From: an uncultured bacterium
Lineage (GTDB): Bacteria; Auribacterota; Erginobacteria; Erginobacterales; Erginobacteraceae
Length of the DNA: 64,000 nt
Reading direction: 5' to 3'
Assembly: GCA_963822585.1 (NCBI GenBank)
Contig: CAWGIE010000026.1
Location: forward strand, 32,001-96,000
Of the stretch, positions 48,001-56,879 are shown one piece after another. The notes beneath the pieces are model-generated. The model searched no databases, had not been told where the DNA came from, and worked only from the letters and a program-made list of their open reading frames with translations. The number at the start of each line of letters is the position of its first letter. Positions within the stretch are counted from its first letter, which is position 1. The translations under genes and the position numbers were made by a program.

Positions 48001-48908
48001 AGAGGGGCGAGGATTCTGACCGTGTCCCCGTACGCCCGCCAGTCGGAGACGGCGGGGTAAATCTCGTCCCGGTTGAGGTCTTTATCGACGACGGTGACCA
48101 GTATCCAGCCGGCGTCGATCCGGCTTATCCATCCTTTCACGGGGTCGGGCGGTCCCAGTTCATCCACCGACATCTGGATGACCTCGATATCCTTGCTCGA
48201 AGGGGTATAGTCGCCGCGGGCGAATTCCTTCCGGATGATCTCGGCGGGGTCGGCCTTCGGATCTGCGGCCAAACGGTCACGGACCCGGAGGAGGGCGAGA
48301 AGAGCTTCCTCATCGGTGTCCCATTCCCGGTTGAGTCCGTTCATTTCGCTGATGATCTGTTCGATGGTGCTGAGGCCTTTCGGGTTCTTGTCGATCTTGG
48401 CCACGATGTAAGGCTCGACGGTCAGGCGGGTGTCCTCTTTTTCCGGCCGGACTTCCGGCTCCTTAACGATCATCCCGTAGACCAGGCTCTGGGTATTTTT
48501 ATCGTCTCCGCCCCAGTGGACCAGGTGGGTCAACGATGTCCGGTCGAGGTGTACGCAGGTGAGGCCGTATCCCAGAACCAGCGCGCTCAGTATCCAGAAG
48601 GGGAGCGCTTTGAGCTTAATGAACCAGAAGACGATCGAGATCAGGAAGAGCGCCGCGAATATCCCCATCAGGTACATGTTCAGCCCGGTTGCGGTCGGCA
48701 AGGCCAGCATAAAAACACAGATGGCGGCACAGAGCAGGAGGAAAGACAGGACCCGGAAGCGGTAGATGAAGGAGACGATCACGCCCAGGAGCAGAAAGCC
48801 GGCGGCGATAATGGGAGGGGTGGAGAGTTCGAATGAATCCGGGTGAATCAACCGCATGAGAATGCCGAGAGCGAGAAAGGCGGAAAAAGAAACGATATAT
48901 GTTTGCAT
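45066..48908 (-). CDS. comEC: ComEC/Rec2 DNA-uptake channel, unusually large (1280 aa)
   Basis: OB-like domain 'NPGGFDY..YL', Competence domain 'HVFAVSGLHV', 'PSTLRA', 'SFLMSF.A', 'PFANFIAIP'; degenerate C-terminal MBL domain. Confidence 0.92.
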   Translation of the reverse strand: MQTYIVSFSAFLALGILMRLIHPDSFELSTPPIIAAGFLLLGVIVSFIYRFRVLSFLLLCAAICVFMLALPTATGLNMYLMGIFAALFLISIVFWFIKLKALPFWILSALVLGYGLTCVHLDRTSLTHLVHWGGDDKNTQSLVYGMIVKEPEVRPEKEDTRLTVEPYIVAKIDKNPKGLSTIEQIISEMNGLNREWDTDEEALLALLRVRDRLAADPKADPAEIIRKEFARGDYTPSSKDIEVIQMSVDELGPPDPVKGWISRIDAGWILVTVVDKDLNRDEIYPAVSDWRAYGDTVRILAPLQTPPPAENPGGFDYRAYLESVNTFTTMRIQGKENWTTKQLDTIEIIKPSGGNFFINWCMGIKYELLGVIRQTTPFPESGFLSGIFIGLKKGVPDKIVRDSQASGTAHVFAVSGLHVTIIAGLLLLIFNQTPIPKSIWAPIAVLFLLVFTIITGARPSTLRAATMNSFVLIFFTYFGKNIQKSLIMSICFAAIVIICFLPAGYGGPLILPSASFLMSFSAVLFLGLLSGPIEDFFNFKLNNLYSLVTFAAIAVFAGLIFMNLGNPWGVLKAKLFWGFLIAIPVSFLIQQVIPFRPRFSKIPGRWLRTFIAAQVAIQCSIVPLSMVIFHRMSLAAPFANFIAIPLIGIILPLGMLATLIAFIPLIGMPVGLLITAANWVGMHFFIWMDDFFARTFPYPQVPKPGPIPLVVFYLVVAFFIYREKIILSLKIAYVRVKRSMADAPCRLRVYGALGALLIGIVFTATGFISSSIPELKVIFMSMGWKDGMCALIEAPNGDNVLIDGGSAGWEFYKKRYSYLNQGQRTAEEVLLSEKIVSFDAVINTSPDARVLGGLNYIVGSHDYYIKRLYTCLSPSEFGPNDINLNRFAIALAPAYQGDAERYYRLLLLDLFQPEDALQFMTYFRKIPDDEITAALQTLPREPNPKYDPMTITEDAIQTLKEKEAEGHEKLLESIISTEKWLHPDEEFTREEAEALAKKWKLPVLPPDEYHGFVSNLPQQFQWFVYEQGGVVADIDELIAYRMELYDLFIAAIGFKSENPDDKLYRGDEMFMQYHYLLFSARTQNIPVSPANQGIVIIEPEKIRTVESAEGKDKPLVLEATILNPPAERVTGKYVNEVNSVVVSLRYGDVSFIFPSLLDNEGANNLAQNVKGGLGATIYQAPQFGKGGKYFDPIILLQLVKPKVAVFQYPGGSFGRPSKKFLEAWDFCQAQGIASYNTKEMGAVTVITDGENYRVITSLEQPGEGAEGETVEKAMEVGGGM

Positions 48909-48933
48909 GGAAAAACCCCGGATCGTTTGCGGT

Positions 48934-49077
48934 TTAGTGTTGGGCCAAGCTGGAATAAAAGTCCCTGTTGGAAACCAGGTTGTAGTCCCGGCGGTAGTTC
49001 TTATTCAAGATCAAAACCACCGCTCCGATCAGGGCGGCGACTACCAGCAGGTAGAAAAGGGTTTTGGCGCTTCCCAT
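48934..49077 (-). CDS. Small (47 aa) single-TM protein, absent from the ORF track
   Basis: MGSAKTLFYLLVVAALIGAVVLILNKNYRRDYNLVSNRDFYSSLAQH; AAGGAG RBS; fills the pdp-comEC gap. Confidence 0.65.
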   Translation of the reverse strand: MGSAKTLFYLLVVAALIGAVVLILNKNYRRDYNLVSNRDFYSSLAQH

Positions 49078-49095
49078 AATGCGGGCTCCTTGAAT

Positions 49096-50424
49096 TTAAG
49101 AAAAGTTTTTTACACCGTCTTTATCGACTACTTTATAAATTATCGGGGGGGGCTGGCAAGGAGAATCTTTTATCTCCACCGCCCGGAGAGCCCGGTCTGC
49201 GATCGCTTCCAGACCGGTCTCTTTGTTGGTGAAGAGAGTCAGCAGGGTATCGCCCGCCTTGACCCGGTCCCCGATTTTACGCTCGAAGATAATCCCCGCG
49301 CTCATGTCAATCTCATCGTCGGTCTTCGCCCGGCCGGCGCCCAGGGCTACGCAGATCATTCCCATCTCCAGGGTATCGATGGCGTGGACGAAGCCGGCAG
49401 CCCCGGCCTGAACCGAGATTTTTCTGCCGGCCGGCGGAAACAGCCCGGGGTCGTCTATGTAGGCGGTATCCCCTCCCTGGGCGGCGACCATCTCCTTGAA
49501 TTTGAGGAACCCCTTGCCTTCCCGAAGCGCTTTGCCCGCCAGTTCTTTTCCTTCCTCGATGGAGGAGGCTTTTTCTCCCATCTGGAGCATCATGCCGGCG
49601 ATCTCCATCACCACCGTCATCAGGTCATCGGGACCCTCGCCTTTCAGGCAGGCGATGGTTTCTACTATCTCCAGAGCGTTTCCGGCGTAGCAGCCGAGCG
49701 GCTGGTTCATGTCGGTGATCAGTGCCTGCGCTTTCCGTCCGGAAAGGATTGCGACATCGACCAGTGTCCGGGCCATCTCTTCGGCCATTGAAAGCGTCTG
49801 CATGAACGCGCCTCGGCCGGTCTTGACATCAAAGACAAACGCGTCCGGGCCGGCGGCCAGTTTTTTGCTCATGATCGATCCGGCGATCAGGGGTATGCTG
49901 TCCACGGTGGCGGTGACATCCCGCAGCGCGTACATCTTCTTGTCGGCCGGGGCCAGGGAGCGGGTCTGTCCGATGATAGCCACGCCGACCTCTTTGACCT
50001 GGCGGATGAACTCTTCTTCGGAGAGATTGACCCGGAACCCGGGGATCGCCTCCAGTTTGTCCAGCGTCCCTCCGGTATGTCCCAGGCCGCGGCCGCTCAT
50101 CATGGGGACGGGGACCCCCAGGGCCGCGACCAGGGGAGCCAGAACCAGGCTCACCTTGTCGCCGACGCCGCCGGTGCTGTGCTTGTCCACGGTGATGCGT
50201 CCGATCGAGGAAAGGTCGATCTTGCCGCCGGAATCCAGCATCGCCCGGGTCAGGGCGGTGGATTCTTCCGGCGACATCCCCCGGATAAAAACCGCCATCA
50301 TCCAGGCGGCCATCTGATAGTCGGGGATAGTGCCTTCTGTATAGCCGTTAATGAAGTAGATTATTTCTTCCGGGGAGAGTTCTCCGCCGTCCCTCTTCTT
50401 CATGATGATTTCATAAGGGGTCAT
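49096..50424 (-). CDS. pdp: Pyrimidine-nucleoside/thymidine phosphorylase
   Basis: 'KKRDG', 'VDKHSTGGVGDK', 'SGRGLGHTGGTLDKLE', 'ADKKMYALRDVTATV', 'SIMSKK'. Confidence 0.97.
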   Translation of the reverse strand: MTPYEIIMKKRDGGELSPEEIIYFINGYTEGTIPDYQMAAWMMAVFIRGMSPEESTALTRAMLDSGGKIDLSSIGRITVDKHSTGGVGDKVSLVLAPLVAALGVPVPMMSGRGLGHTGGTLDKLEAIPGFRVNLSEEEFIRQVKEVGVAIIGQTRSLAPADKKMYALRDVTATVDSIPLIAGSIMSKKLAAGPDAFVFDVKTGRGAFMQTLSMAEEMARTLVDVAILSGRKAQALITDMNQPLGCYAGNALEIVETIACLKGEGPDDLMTVVMEIAGMMLQMGEKASSIEEGKELAGKALREGKGFLKFKEMVAAQGGDTAYIDDPGLFPPAGRKISVQAGAAGFVHAIDTLEMGMICVALGAGRAKTDDEIDMSAGIIFERKIGDRVKAGDTLLTLFTNKETGLEAIADRALRAVEIKDSPCQPPPIIYKVVDKDGVKNFS

Positions 50425-50616
50425 ATATTTTTTCTCCTTATTATAATGAGCGACTTCGCCGCTCATTAAGTGAGTTATTTTATCTTACGATAAAATTAGA
50501 TTGTTTAATTATTTTTTCTTCTCTTCACGTACGCCGGGATAAGAACAAGAATTCTAAAAACAATCTCTTGTCCCCGTCAAGCGATAATTAATTTCTTCGG
50601 GCGTGTCCCGGAAAAA

Positions 50617-52395
50617 TTAAGGGATGAACTCATAGATCTCGTAGCATTCATGATGGCTTTCCACGCCCGGGTTGACCTCGTATTTCTCGTGACCGGTCAA
50701 ACGATAACGTTCCTGCATGGAAGCCAGCCAGGCCTGCCAGCGATCTTCATCGCGGCGGGCATACGGTTCATAACACTCCGGAACGCTGAAGACGACGCAC
50801 CGGAGCGGGTGGTTGGCGCTGACCGCCTCCGGATCAAAGGAGGCACTTCCTTCCCGGTGAGAGGGAGAGTAGATACGCTGATTGCAGAGATAGCGGGCGG
50901 AGTGGCCCCATTCAAAGAGGCGGGGAAAAAAGTCCAGTCCGAGGTCGGTTTTCAGGCACACCAATTCCGCGTTTCGGGCCTTCTCTGTCCAGAACCGGCG
51001 GGCGAACTCCCGGCTCCGCAGGTCCTCGATCTTCTTATAGGGATGAACCAGGTCCGCCACGATGGTGCCCAATCCCAGCAGGGCCGACAGGATAATGAAG
51101 AACGTGAAGATCAGAGCCCGGATTTTTGTTTTCGGGGCCAGGGAGATCACCTTGCACCCTCCCAGTCCCGCCAGGAGACAGATGACCGGGGCCAGGTAAA
51201 GATTGAAGCGGGCATTGTACCCGTACGGATATCGATGGAACGCGGCGGCGATGAACGTGAGCAGAAAAGGCGCCAGAAAGGAAATCAGGACAATTCTTCT
51301 TTTCCGGCGATAGAGAACACCCGTTCCGACCAGGAAGAAAATAAAGGTGAGTGTGGAGCCGCCGTGAAAGCCGCCGTTGGGATAGGCGAACAACATCCCG
51401 GTATGGATGGAGAGCAGCCACCCGGCCAGGCGGAGCGGTCTCCCCAGGGGGGGAAAGGTTTTCACCCAGGCGGAGTCGGTGTTGAAACTCTCGGTTTCCA
51501 ATTGCGGACCGCTCAGCCAGGCTTCGGTGCGGTATTGCGGCCCGGTCGAGACCCGGTAGGTGACCAGGAACGCGCCCAGCAGAAGAATATTGTAGACGAG
51601 AAACGGGGCCGGAAATCTTCGTTGCCCCGGCTGCGCCGGGAGCCTCTCCGGGGAATCACCCCAGCCGCGCGGCGGGGCGTTCCCCGGAGCATGTCGAGAA
51701 CCGCGGTCCGGAAAGAATCTCCCGGTGGCCACCAGGGCGAGGCTGATACCGCCGGCGACGAAGACGGCTGGAAAGGAGAGTCCGATCGCGAACGGAACCG
51801 CCAGAGACAGCAGCCAGAGCCATCGGCTTTCTCCGGGTTTGCGCCACCACTCAACAAAGAGGGTCAGCAGCAGCAGGGAGACGGCCAGGTCGACCGAGTA
51901 GGGCTTTATTTCGGCGCCGTGCCGGATCGGATAATAGGCCGCGGCGAAGAAAGCCGTTGCCAGAAGGAGAGGCGCCCCCCGCACGATCCCGCGGCTCAGG
52001 CGGTAGAAAAGAAGGACACTCCCCAGGCCGCAGAGGAAGGGAAAGAGCCGTAATGTGTACTCGGAAAAACCCAGGATTTTGACCGCGAACATCTCCGCCC
52101 AGAGGAAAAGCAGGGGCGCGACCTGATGGTAGCGGAGCGCCCCCAGCAGGTCGCCGTATCCCCCGCTCAGGTAGTTAACGGCCAGGAAGGATTCATCGGG
52201 CCAGATCGGGTAACAGACCAGATACCGGACCGTGCGCACGATCAGGCCGAAAACTACGAAAGCGAGAGTCAGCTGCCGGAGCCGCCCCGTCCAGGGATCA
52301 TCAGGCTCAAGGAGCTGTATCTCCAGGGGAGGGATGCGCTTAACGTGTTTCATTTTTAAACTCAACACCGCGTCACGAATTTCCCCCGATTGCAC
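50617..52395 (-). CDS. GT-C (GT39-like) membrane glycosyltransferase
   Basis: 'IWPDE', 'QVAPLLF', 'SEYTLRL.P', 'EIKPY'; many TMs. Confidence 0.75.
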   Translation of the reverse strand: MQSGEIRDAVLSLKMKHVKRIPPLEIQLLEPDDPWTGRLRQLTLAFVVFGLIVRTVRYLVCYPIWPDESFLAVNYLSGGYGDLLGALRYHQVAPLLFLWAEMFAVKILGFSEYTLRLFPFLCGLGSVLLFYRLSRGIVRGAPLLLATAFFAAAYYPIRHGAEIKPYSVDLAVSLLLLTLFVEWWRKPGESRWLWLLSLAVPFAIGLSFPAVFVAGGISLALVATGRFFPDRGSRHAPGNAPPRGWGDSPERLPAQPGQRRFPAPFLVYNILLLGAFLVTYRVSTGPQYRTEAWLSGPQLETESFNTDSAWVKTFPPLGRPLRLAGWLLSIHTGMLFAYPNGGFHGGSTLTFIFFLVGTGVLYRRKRRIVLISFLAPFLLTFIAAAFHRYPYGYNARFNLYLAPVICLLAGLGGCKVISLAPKTKIRALIFTFFIILSALLGLGTIVADLVHPYKKIEDLRSREFARRFWTEKARNAELVCLKTDLGLDFFPRLFEWGHSARYLCNQRIYSPSHREGSASFDPEAVSANHPLRCVVFSVPECYEPYARRDEDRWQAWLASMQERYRLTGHEKYEVNPGVESHHECYEIYEFIP

Positions 52396-52600
52396 AGGGA
52401 AATCTTATCAGTGCTTGAGTTTCAACGATATGTGGTATAAATTAGCGACTGCGGCGATAATGGAGCGATATTTTTCTTCCCCTATCAAACGGGTGGATAG
52501 CAATCCGGGCATCAATTCAAATTCAATCGCTCAATCCGGAACGGTAAACCCATATAGTATCATCTATCAAATAATATTGTTATCTGGTTGTTTTTCGCGG

Positions 52601-52664
52601 CTGTTTCGGGATGCCGGTAATCTTATTTTGATGGAAAAATGAGATTACCGGCATCCCGAAACAG
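52601..52664. repeat. 23-bp perfect inverted repeat (long hairpin) between divergent genes
   Basis: ctgtttcgggatgccggtaatct ... agattaccggcatcccgaaacag. Confidence 0.85.
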
Positions 52665-52694
52665 GAAGCAACAACAATTTTCCCGGAGGGAAAA

Positions 52695-53531
52695 TTGAAA
52701 GTCAGCGCCATTGTCGTCTGTTATAACCGGGAGCATGAAATCGGCCCCTGCCTGAGGAGCCTGCGCTGGGCTGATGAAGTGGTCGTGGTTGATTCCTTCA
52801 GCACCGATAACACGCCGGCAGTGGCCCGTAAATACGCCGACCGATTTTACCAGCGCCCGTACCGGTTCCCCGGGAACCAGAAGAATTGGGCGATCGATCA
52901 GACCTCCCATCCCTGGATCGTGGCCATCGATTCCGATGAGATTGTGCCCGAAGAGCTGCGGGACGAGATTCTGCGGACGCTGCAATCCCCCCGGTTCGAT
53001 AATTTCCGGGCCTACCGGAAAAATTATCTCTTTGGGAGAGAGATGAAACACGGGGGATGGAGAACGGACACGGTAGCGATTCTTTTCCGAAAGGACCGGT
53101 ACCGATTTCTGGCCGATGCCCCCCATGCCGATGTTATCCCCCCGGGCCGGCACGGTTTGTTCAGGACCCGGCTTATTCACTATCCGCATCGTTCCATCGA
53201 CGAATTCGTCCTCAAATCAAGCAATTACGCTTCCGGGACCGCCCGGAAATATTTCCGGGCGGGGCGGCGGGGAACGGCGATGAAGGCATTTCTTCACCCC
53301 TGTGGCAATTTTCTGAAAAATTATCTTCTGAGAGGCGGATTCCTTGACGGCGCCCCTGGATTGATCAGCGCCGTCCTTTCCTCCGGATACGTGGCGGAGA
53401 AGTATGCCCGGCTCTGGGAGCTGGAGCAGACAAGGGGAGAAGGATGGGCAGGCAGATCATCAGCGCCTTGGCCGGCTGGAAATGAAAACGTCGGTTACCC
53501 CCGACCGATATTCAAAGTTGAGAATGAGTAA
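52695..53531 (+). CDS. Glycosyltransferase family 2 (WaaE/KdtX-like)
   Basis: 'VVDSFSTD.T', 'QKNWA', 'IDSDE', 'GFLDG..G', 'KYA.L'. Confidence 0.9.
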   Translation: MKVSAIVVCYNREHEIGPCLRSLRWADEVVVVDSFSTDNTPAVARKYADRFYQRPYRFPGNQKNWAIDQTSHPWIVAIDSDEIVPEELRDEILRTLQSPRFDNFRAYRKNYLFGREMKHGGWRTDTVAILFRKDRYRFLADAPHADVIPPGRHGLFRTRLIHYPHRSIDEFVLKSSNYASGTARKYFRAGRRGTAMKAFLHPCGNFLKNYLLRGGFLDGAPGLISAVLSSGYVAEKYARLWELEQTRGEGWAGRSSAPWPAGNENVGYPRPIFKVENE

Positions 53532-53533
53532 TC

Positions 53534-53593
53534 TGCCCCCCGATTGATTCAATCGGGGGGCATTATAAATTAGCTCCGAAGGTGCTAATTTAT
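53534..53593. repeat. Composite double-hairpin element between convergent genes
   Basis: tgccccccgattgattcaatcggggggca followed by ataaattagctccgaaggtgctaatttat; sister of 23046-23110. Confidence 0.75.
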
Positions 53594-54024
53594 TGAGGGA
53601 GGTATTGCTGGACCGTCGCCACCAGTTTCCGGTGATCAACGGGTTTGACGAGGTATTCCGCGGCCCCCAGCTCGAAAGCTCGGTCGATATCCCCCAACTT
53701 GTCCTTGGCGGTAAGGAAAATGATGGGGATATCTTTGAATGCGCCGTACTCCTTGACCAGTTCGCAGAATTCGAGGCCGTTGATTCCGGCCATGGTAATA
53801 TCGAGGATAATCAGGTCTACCGGCGTTGCACTGAGCTTGTCCAGCCCCTGCTCGCCGCTAGTCGCCGAGACAACGTCATAACCGGTCCCCTTGAGCAGGA
53901 AAGTCAAGACGGAAACAGTGGGTCTGTCATCATCGACGATCAATATCCTTTTTTTTGTTGGAGATGCGTTCACGGGGTGTGTCAGGTTGGTTTTGGTTGG
54001 CAGTTGAATAATCAGGGCTAACAT
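53590..54024 (-). CDS. Single-domain response regulator (start uncertain)
   Basis: 'ILIVDDD', 'LIILD', 'FLTA', 'YLVKP'. Confidence 0.92.
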   Translation of the reverse strand: MLALIIQLPTKTNLTHPVNASPTKKRILIVDDDRPTVSVLTFLLKGTGYDVVSATSGEQGLDKLSATPVDLIILDITMAGINGLEFCELVKEYGAFKDIPIIFLTAKDKLGDIDRAFELGAAEYLVKPVDHRKLVATVQQYLPQ

Positions 54025-56747
54025 GAAATGTTTATCGTTTCCGTCTTCAGAGTGGACTGGATTATCTTCAACAGTTCGTTCACGTTAAACGGCTTGGCCA
54101 GAGTCGGAATGGCGCCGGCCGCGCCTTTTGTTAATCTCATCTCATCAATATCATGGGCGGATATTAAAAGTAAAGGGATATTCGCGGTGCGGGGATCGCG
54201 TTTCAGCCGCTCAATGACTTCATAGCCGCTCATCTCCGGCATGATCATGTCGAGAATAATCATATCCGGAGTTTCCCGCCCAAGAATCTCCATCGCTTCC
54301 GTGCCGTCGTAAGCTTTGAGAGGCTTGACTTTTTCCAGCGTGAGCAGCCGGCTGATAACGCCCACGACATCCTCGTTGTCGTCCGTCACCAGGACCGAGC
54401 GCTCTCTCCGGGAACTGATCGACAAAGGCCGGACTTCCCGAAGCCGCTCGCGAAGCATGCGCATCAGAGAGGCTTCGGTGATATCCGCGGCCGGAGCCTC
54501 CACTCCGGCGACGGATAGTTCAAGATCGACCGGTTTCCCGTTGAGGAGAAATTGTATCTTTCTCAGGCGACTGAGAAGGTGTTCCGGAATCTGCTCCCCT
54601 GGTTTCCCCCGCAGAATGCCGACGAACTCCCCGGTATTTTCCAGATCCCAAAAGTGTACCGGGGGCGTGGGGATCTCGCCGATGATCACGGAAAGTTGCT
54701 CCAGGAAGGGATTTAGTTTTTCCCCGGCCTGCTCTTTCAACGTCTCCGTCTGTTCCAGCCTGATGCCGAGCAGACTTATCTCTTCTTTCGCTTTTCGAGC
54801 CTCTTCGATCTCGTCCCGGAGGCGTTCTCTGAACAGCTTTTCATTCTTGTAATCGGGCAGCTGGAAAGAAACTCTGGTCCCCCGGCCCGGCTCGCTTTCC
54901 GCCCAGATTTTTCCCCCGTGCATCTCCACCAGTATTCGGGAGATGGCCAGCCCGAGTCCGCTGCCCTCGGTCCCGCCCTTGGGATTGTTCCCCAGCCGGG
55001 TGAATTTATTGAATATCCGGGACAGGTCCTGGCGGGGGATCCCAACCCCGGTGTCGGAAACAGTGCACCTGACGTACCCTTGCTCGGGGTGTACTTCAAC
55101 TCCGATCGTTCCTCCGGGAAGAGTGTGTTGCAGGGCGTTGCCGATTAAGTTGGAAATGACCTGCCCGATCCGGTCCGGGTCCGCCAACACCCGGGGATTA
55201 TTCTCTGTCGCCGTGATTTTTATTTCCAGCCCCTGTTCCCGGACGGCCCCTTCAAAATGGCCGGCCGTTTTTTCGATCACCGTCACGATGTCGACGAATG
55301 ATTTTTGAAGCTGAACATTGCCGGTCTCGATCTTAGAGACGTCGAGAAGATTATTCACGATCCGGGTCATGCGGTCGATCTCACCCAGGGTCAGGGAAAG
55401 AATTTCTTTCTGGTTCGGGTTCAACGCTCCCTGGATACCGTCCACAATCTGCCCCACCCCGATCTTCATCGAGGAGAGAGGGGTGCGAAGCTCGTGGGAG
55501 ACGGTGGCGATAAACTCGTCTTTCAGCTGCTCCAGTTTCTTGCGTTCGGTCATGTTCCGTAAAGAGGCGATGTGGGCGATATCGTCCTCCCAGGTAATCG
55601 GGGACACCATCATCTCCGCGGTAATCTTCTCCCCGGCCTCGCGGGCGATAGCGATCTCGGTTGTAGCCCCCTCTACCAGGGTGAGGCCGAATGATTTTCC
55701 CACGAACTCTTCCGCTTTTCGCTCGAAAAGCGCTTCCCCGGCCGGGTTAACGAAACGGACGATCCCGTTTTTATCCACGATGATGATGGCGTCCGCCATC
55801 ATGGTGATGATATTCCGGAGGTTGGTCTGCGCGGAGGCCAGTGATTGAAAAACCTGGCGCCGATTGTCGATCTCCTGCCGGAGACGTTTATTGGCTCGGA
55901 GCAGATCGGCGGTTCGCTCGCGGACGAGGATGTTCAGATCGTCCCGGTTCTTCCGGATTAATTCGGCCGTTTCCCGGTGTTTCGTGATATCCTCCAGGCT
56001 GCCTTCGTAATACCTGACCGCTTCCCGACCATCCCGGTTCGCCCGGGTATTCTCCCGATACCAGGCGAGTGATCCGTCCCGTCTCCGGCGTTGACTTTCA
56101 AAATTAATCACGCGGCCGTCTCGATTCATCAGGTCCAGCCATCGACGGTGATCGGCGGCATCCACGTATAAACGGCGGACGTCGGTGTTGATGAGAGACT
56201 TCCGGTCCGGGTAACCCAGCAGTTCCACCAGGGCGGCATTGACGTCCAAGAATGCGAAATCCGGCGTGATCCGGAAGAGGCCGATCGGTATCCCGTTGAA
56301 AAGGCTGTGATAACGGTTCTCGGCTTCCTGGCGCGCCCGGCGCTGCCGGGCGGTATCCAGGACGGAACGCACCGCGGCGGCGAGTTTGGAGAAATGCTTG
56401 GGGGATTTAAGAACATAGTCGTCAAGGCCCGACTTCATCGCCGCCACGGCAATTTCTTCGGTGCCGGTGCCGGTGAACATGATCACCGGAAGATCGGGGT
56501 AGCGCGCCTTGATCGCCTGGAGCATTTCGATCCCGGTGGACCATTCCAGGTTGTAATCGGTTATCGCCAGATCGAAGTCGCCTTTTTCGAGAGTCAGCTC
56601 GAAATCCTCCCGGCTGCTGATTTCAATTGTCTGGAGTTCGCGGAACTCGTTGCCGAGCATCCGGGCAACTAGAGTCCGCATCTGCGGATAATCATCGATC
56701 AGAAGGATTCTGATCGGTGCGTTTTCAATCTGGTCCGAGGTGTTCAT
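54018..56747 (-). CDS. Hybrid sensor kinase REC-PAS-PAS-HisKA-HATPase-(degenerate GGDEF-like)-REC
   Basis: 'SHELRTPL', 'NLIGNA', 'DTGVGI', 'GSGLGL'; N- and C-terminal receiver domains. Confidence 0.92.
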   Translation of the reverse strand: MNTSDQIENAPIRILLIDDYPQMRTLVARMLGNEFRELQTIEISSREDFELTLEKGDFDLAITDYNLEWSTGIEMLQAIKARYPDLPVIMFTGTGTEEIAVAAMKSGLDDYVLKSPKHFSKLAAAVRSVLDTARQRRARQEAENRYHSLFNGIPIGLFRITPDFAFLDVNAALVELLGYPDRKSLINTDVRRLYVDAADHRRWLDLMNRDGRVINFESQRRRRDGSLAWYRENTRANRDGREAVRYYEGSLEDITKHRETAELIRKNRDDLNILVRERTADLLRANKRLRQEIDNRRQVFQSLASAQTNLRNIITMMADAIIIVDKNGIVRFVNPAGEALFERKAEEFVGKSFGLTLVEGATTEIAIAREAGEKITAEMMVSPITWEDDIAHIASLRNMTERKKLEQLKDEFIATVSHELRTPLSSMKIGVGQIVDGIQGALNPNQKEILSLTLGEIDRMTRIVNNLLDVSKIETGNVQLQKSFVDIVTVIEKTAGHFEGAVREQGLEIKITATENNPRVLADPDRIGQVISNLIGNALQHTLPGGTIGVEVHPEQGYVRCTVSDTGVGIPRQDLSRIFNKFTRLGNNPKGGTEGSGLGLAISRILVEMHGGKIWAESEPGRGTRVSFQLPDYKNEKLFRERLRDEIEEARKAKEEISLLGIRLEQTETLKEQAGEKLNPFLEQLSVIIGEIPTPPVHFWDLENTGEFVGILRGKPGEQIPEHLLSRLRKIQFLLNGKPVDLELSVAGVEAPAADITEASLMRMLRERLREVRPLSISSRRERSVLVTDDNEDVVGVISRLLTLEKVKPLKAYDGTEAMEILGRETPDMIILDMIMPEMSGYEVIERLKRDPRTANIPLLLISAHDIDEMRLTKGAAGAIPTLAKPFNVNELLKIIQSTLKTETINISC

Positions 56748-56850
56748 AGCGTACGAGCTTTTCGAGCAAGCTCTATCTGTGCGGGTTCAGGATGGGAAGA
56801 TAATTTCTCAGTAAGCAGGCCCGGGAGGGTATTGTCAAGGATGAATAAAA

Positions 56851-56879
56851 TTGACATATGTGCTCCGTCCTCCTATTCT
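56851..56879 (+). promoter_or_regulatory. Putative sigma70 promoter TTGACA-N17-TATTCT
   Basis: ttgaca at 56851-56856, tattct at 56874-56879. Confidence 0.45.

Noticed and set aside
46008..49791. Long plus-strand ORFs (46008, 47655, 48856) and similar antisense ORFs elsewhere (3832, 26285, 50650, 21835)
   Set aside because: Shadow frames of GC-rich genes on the opposite strand, with no recognisable motifs.
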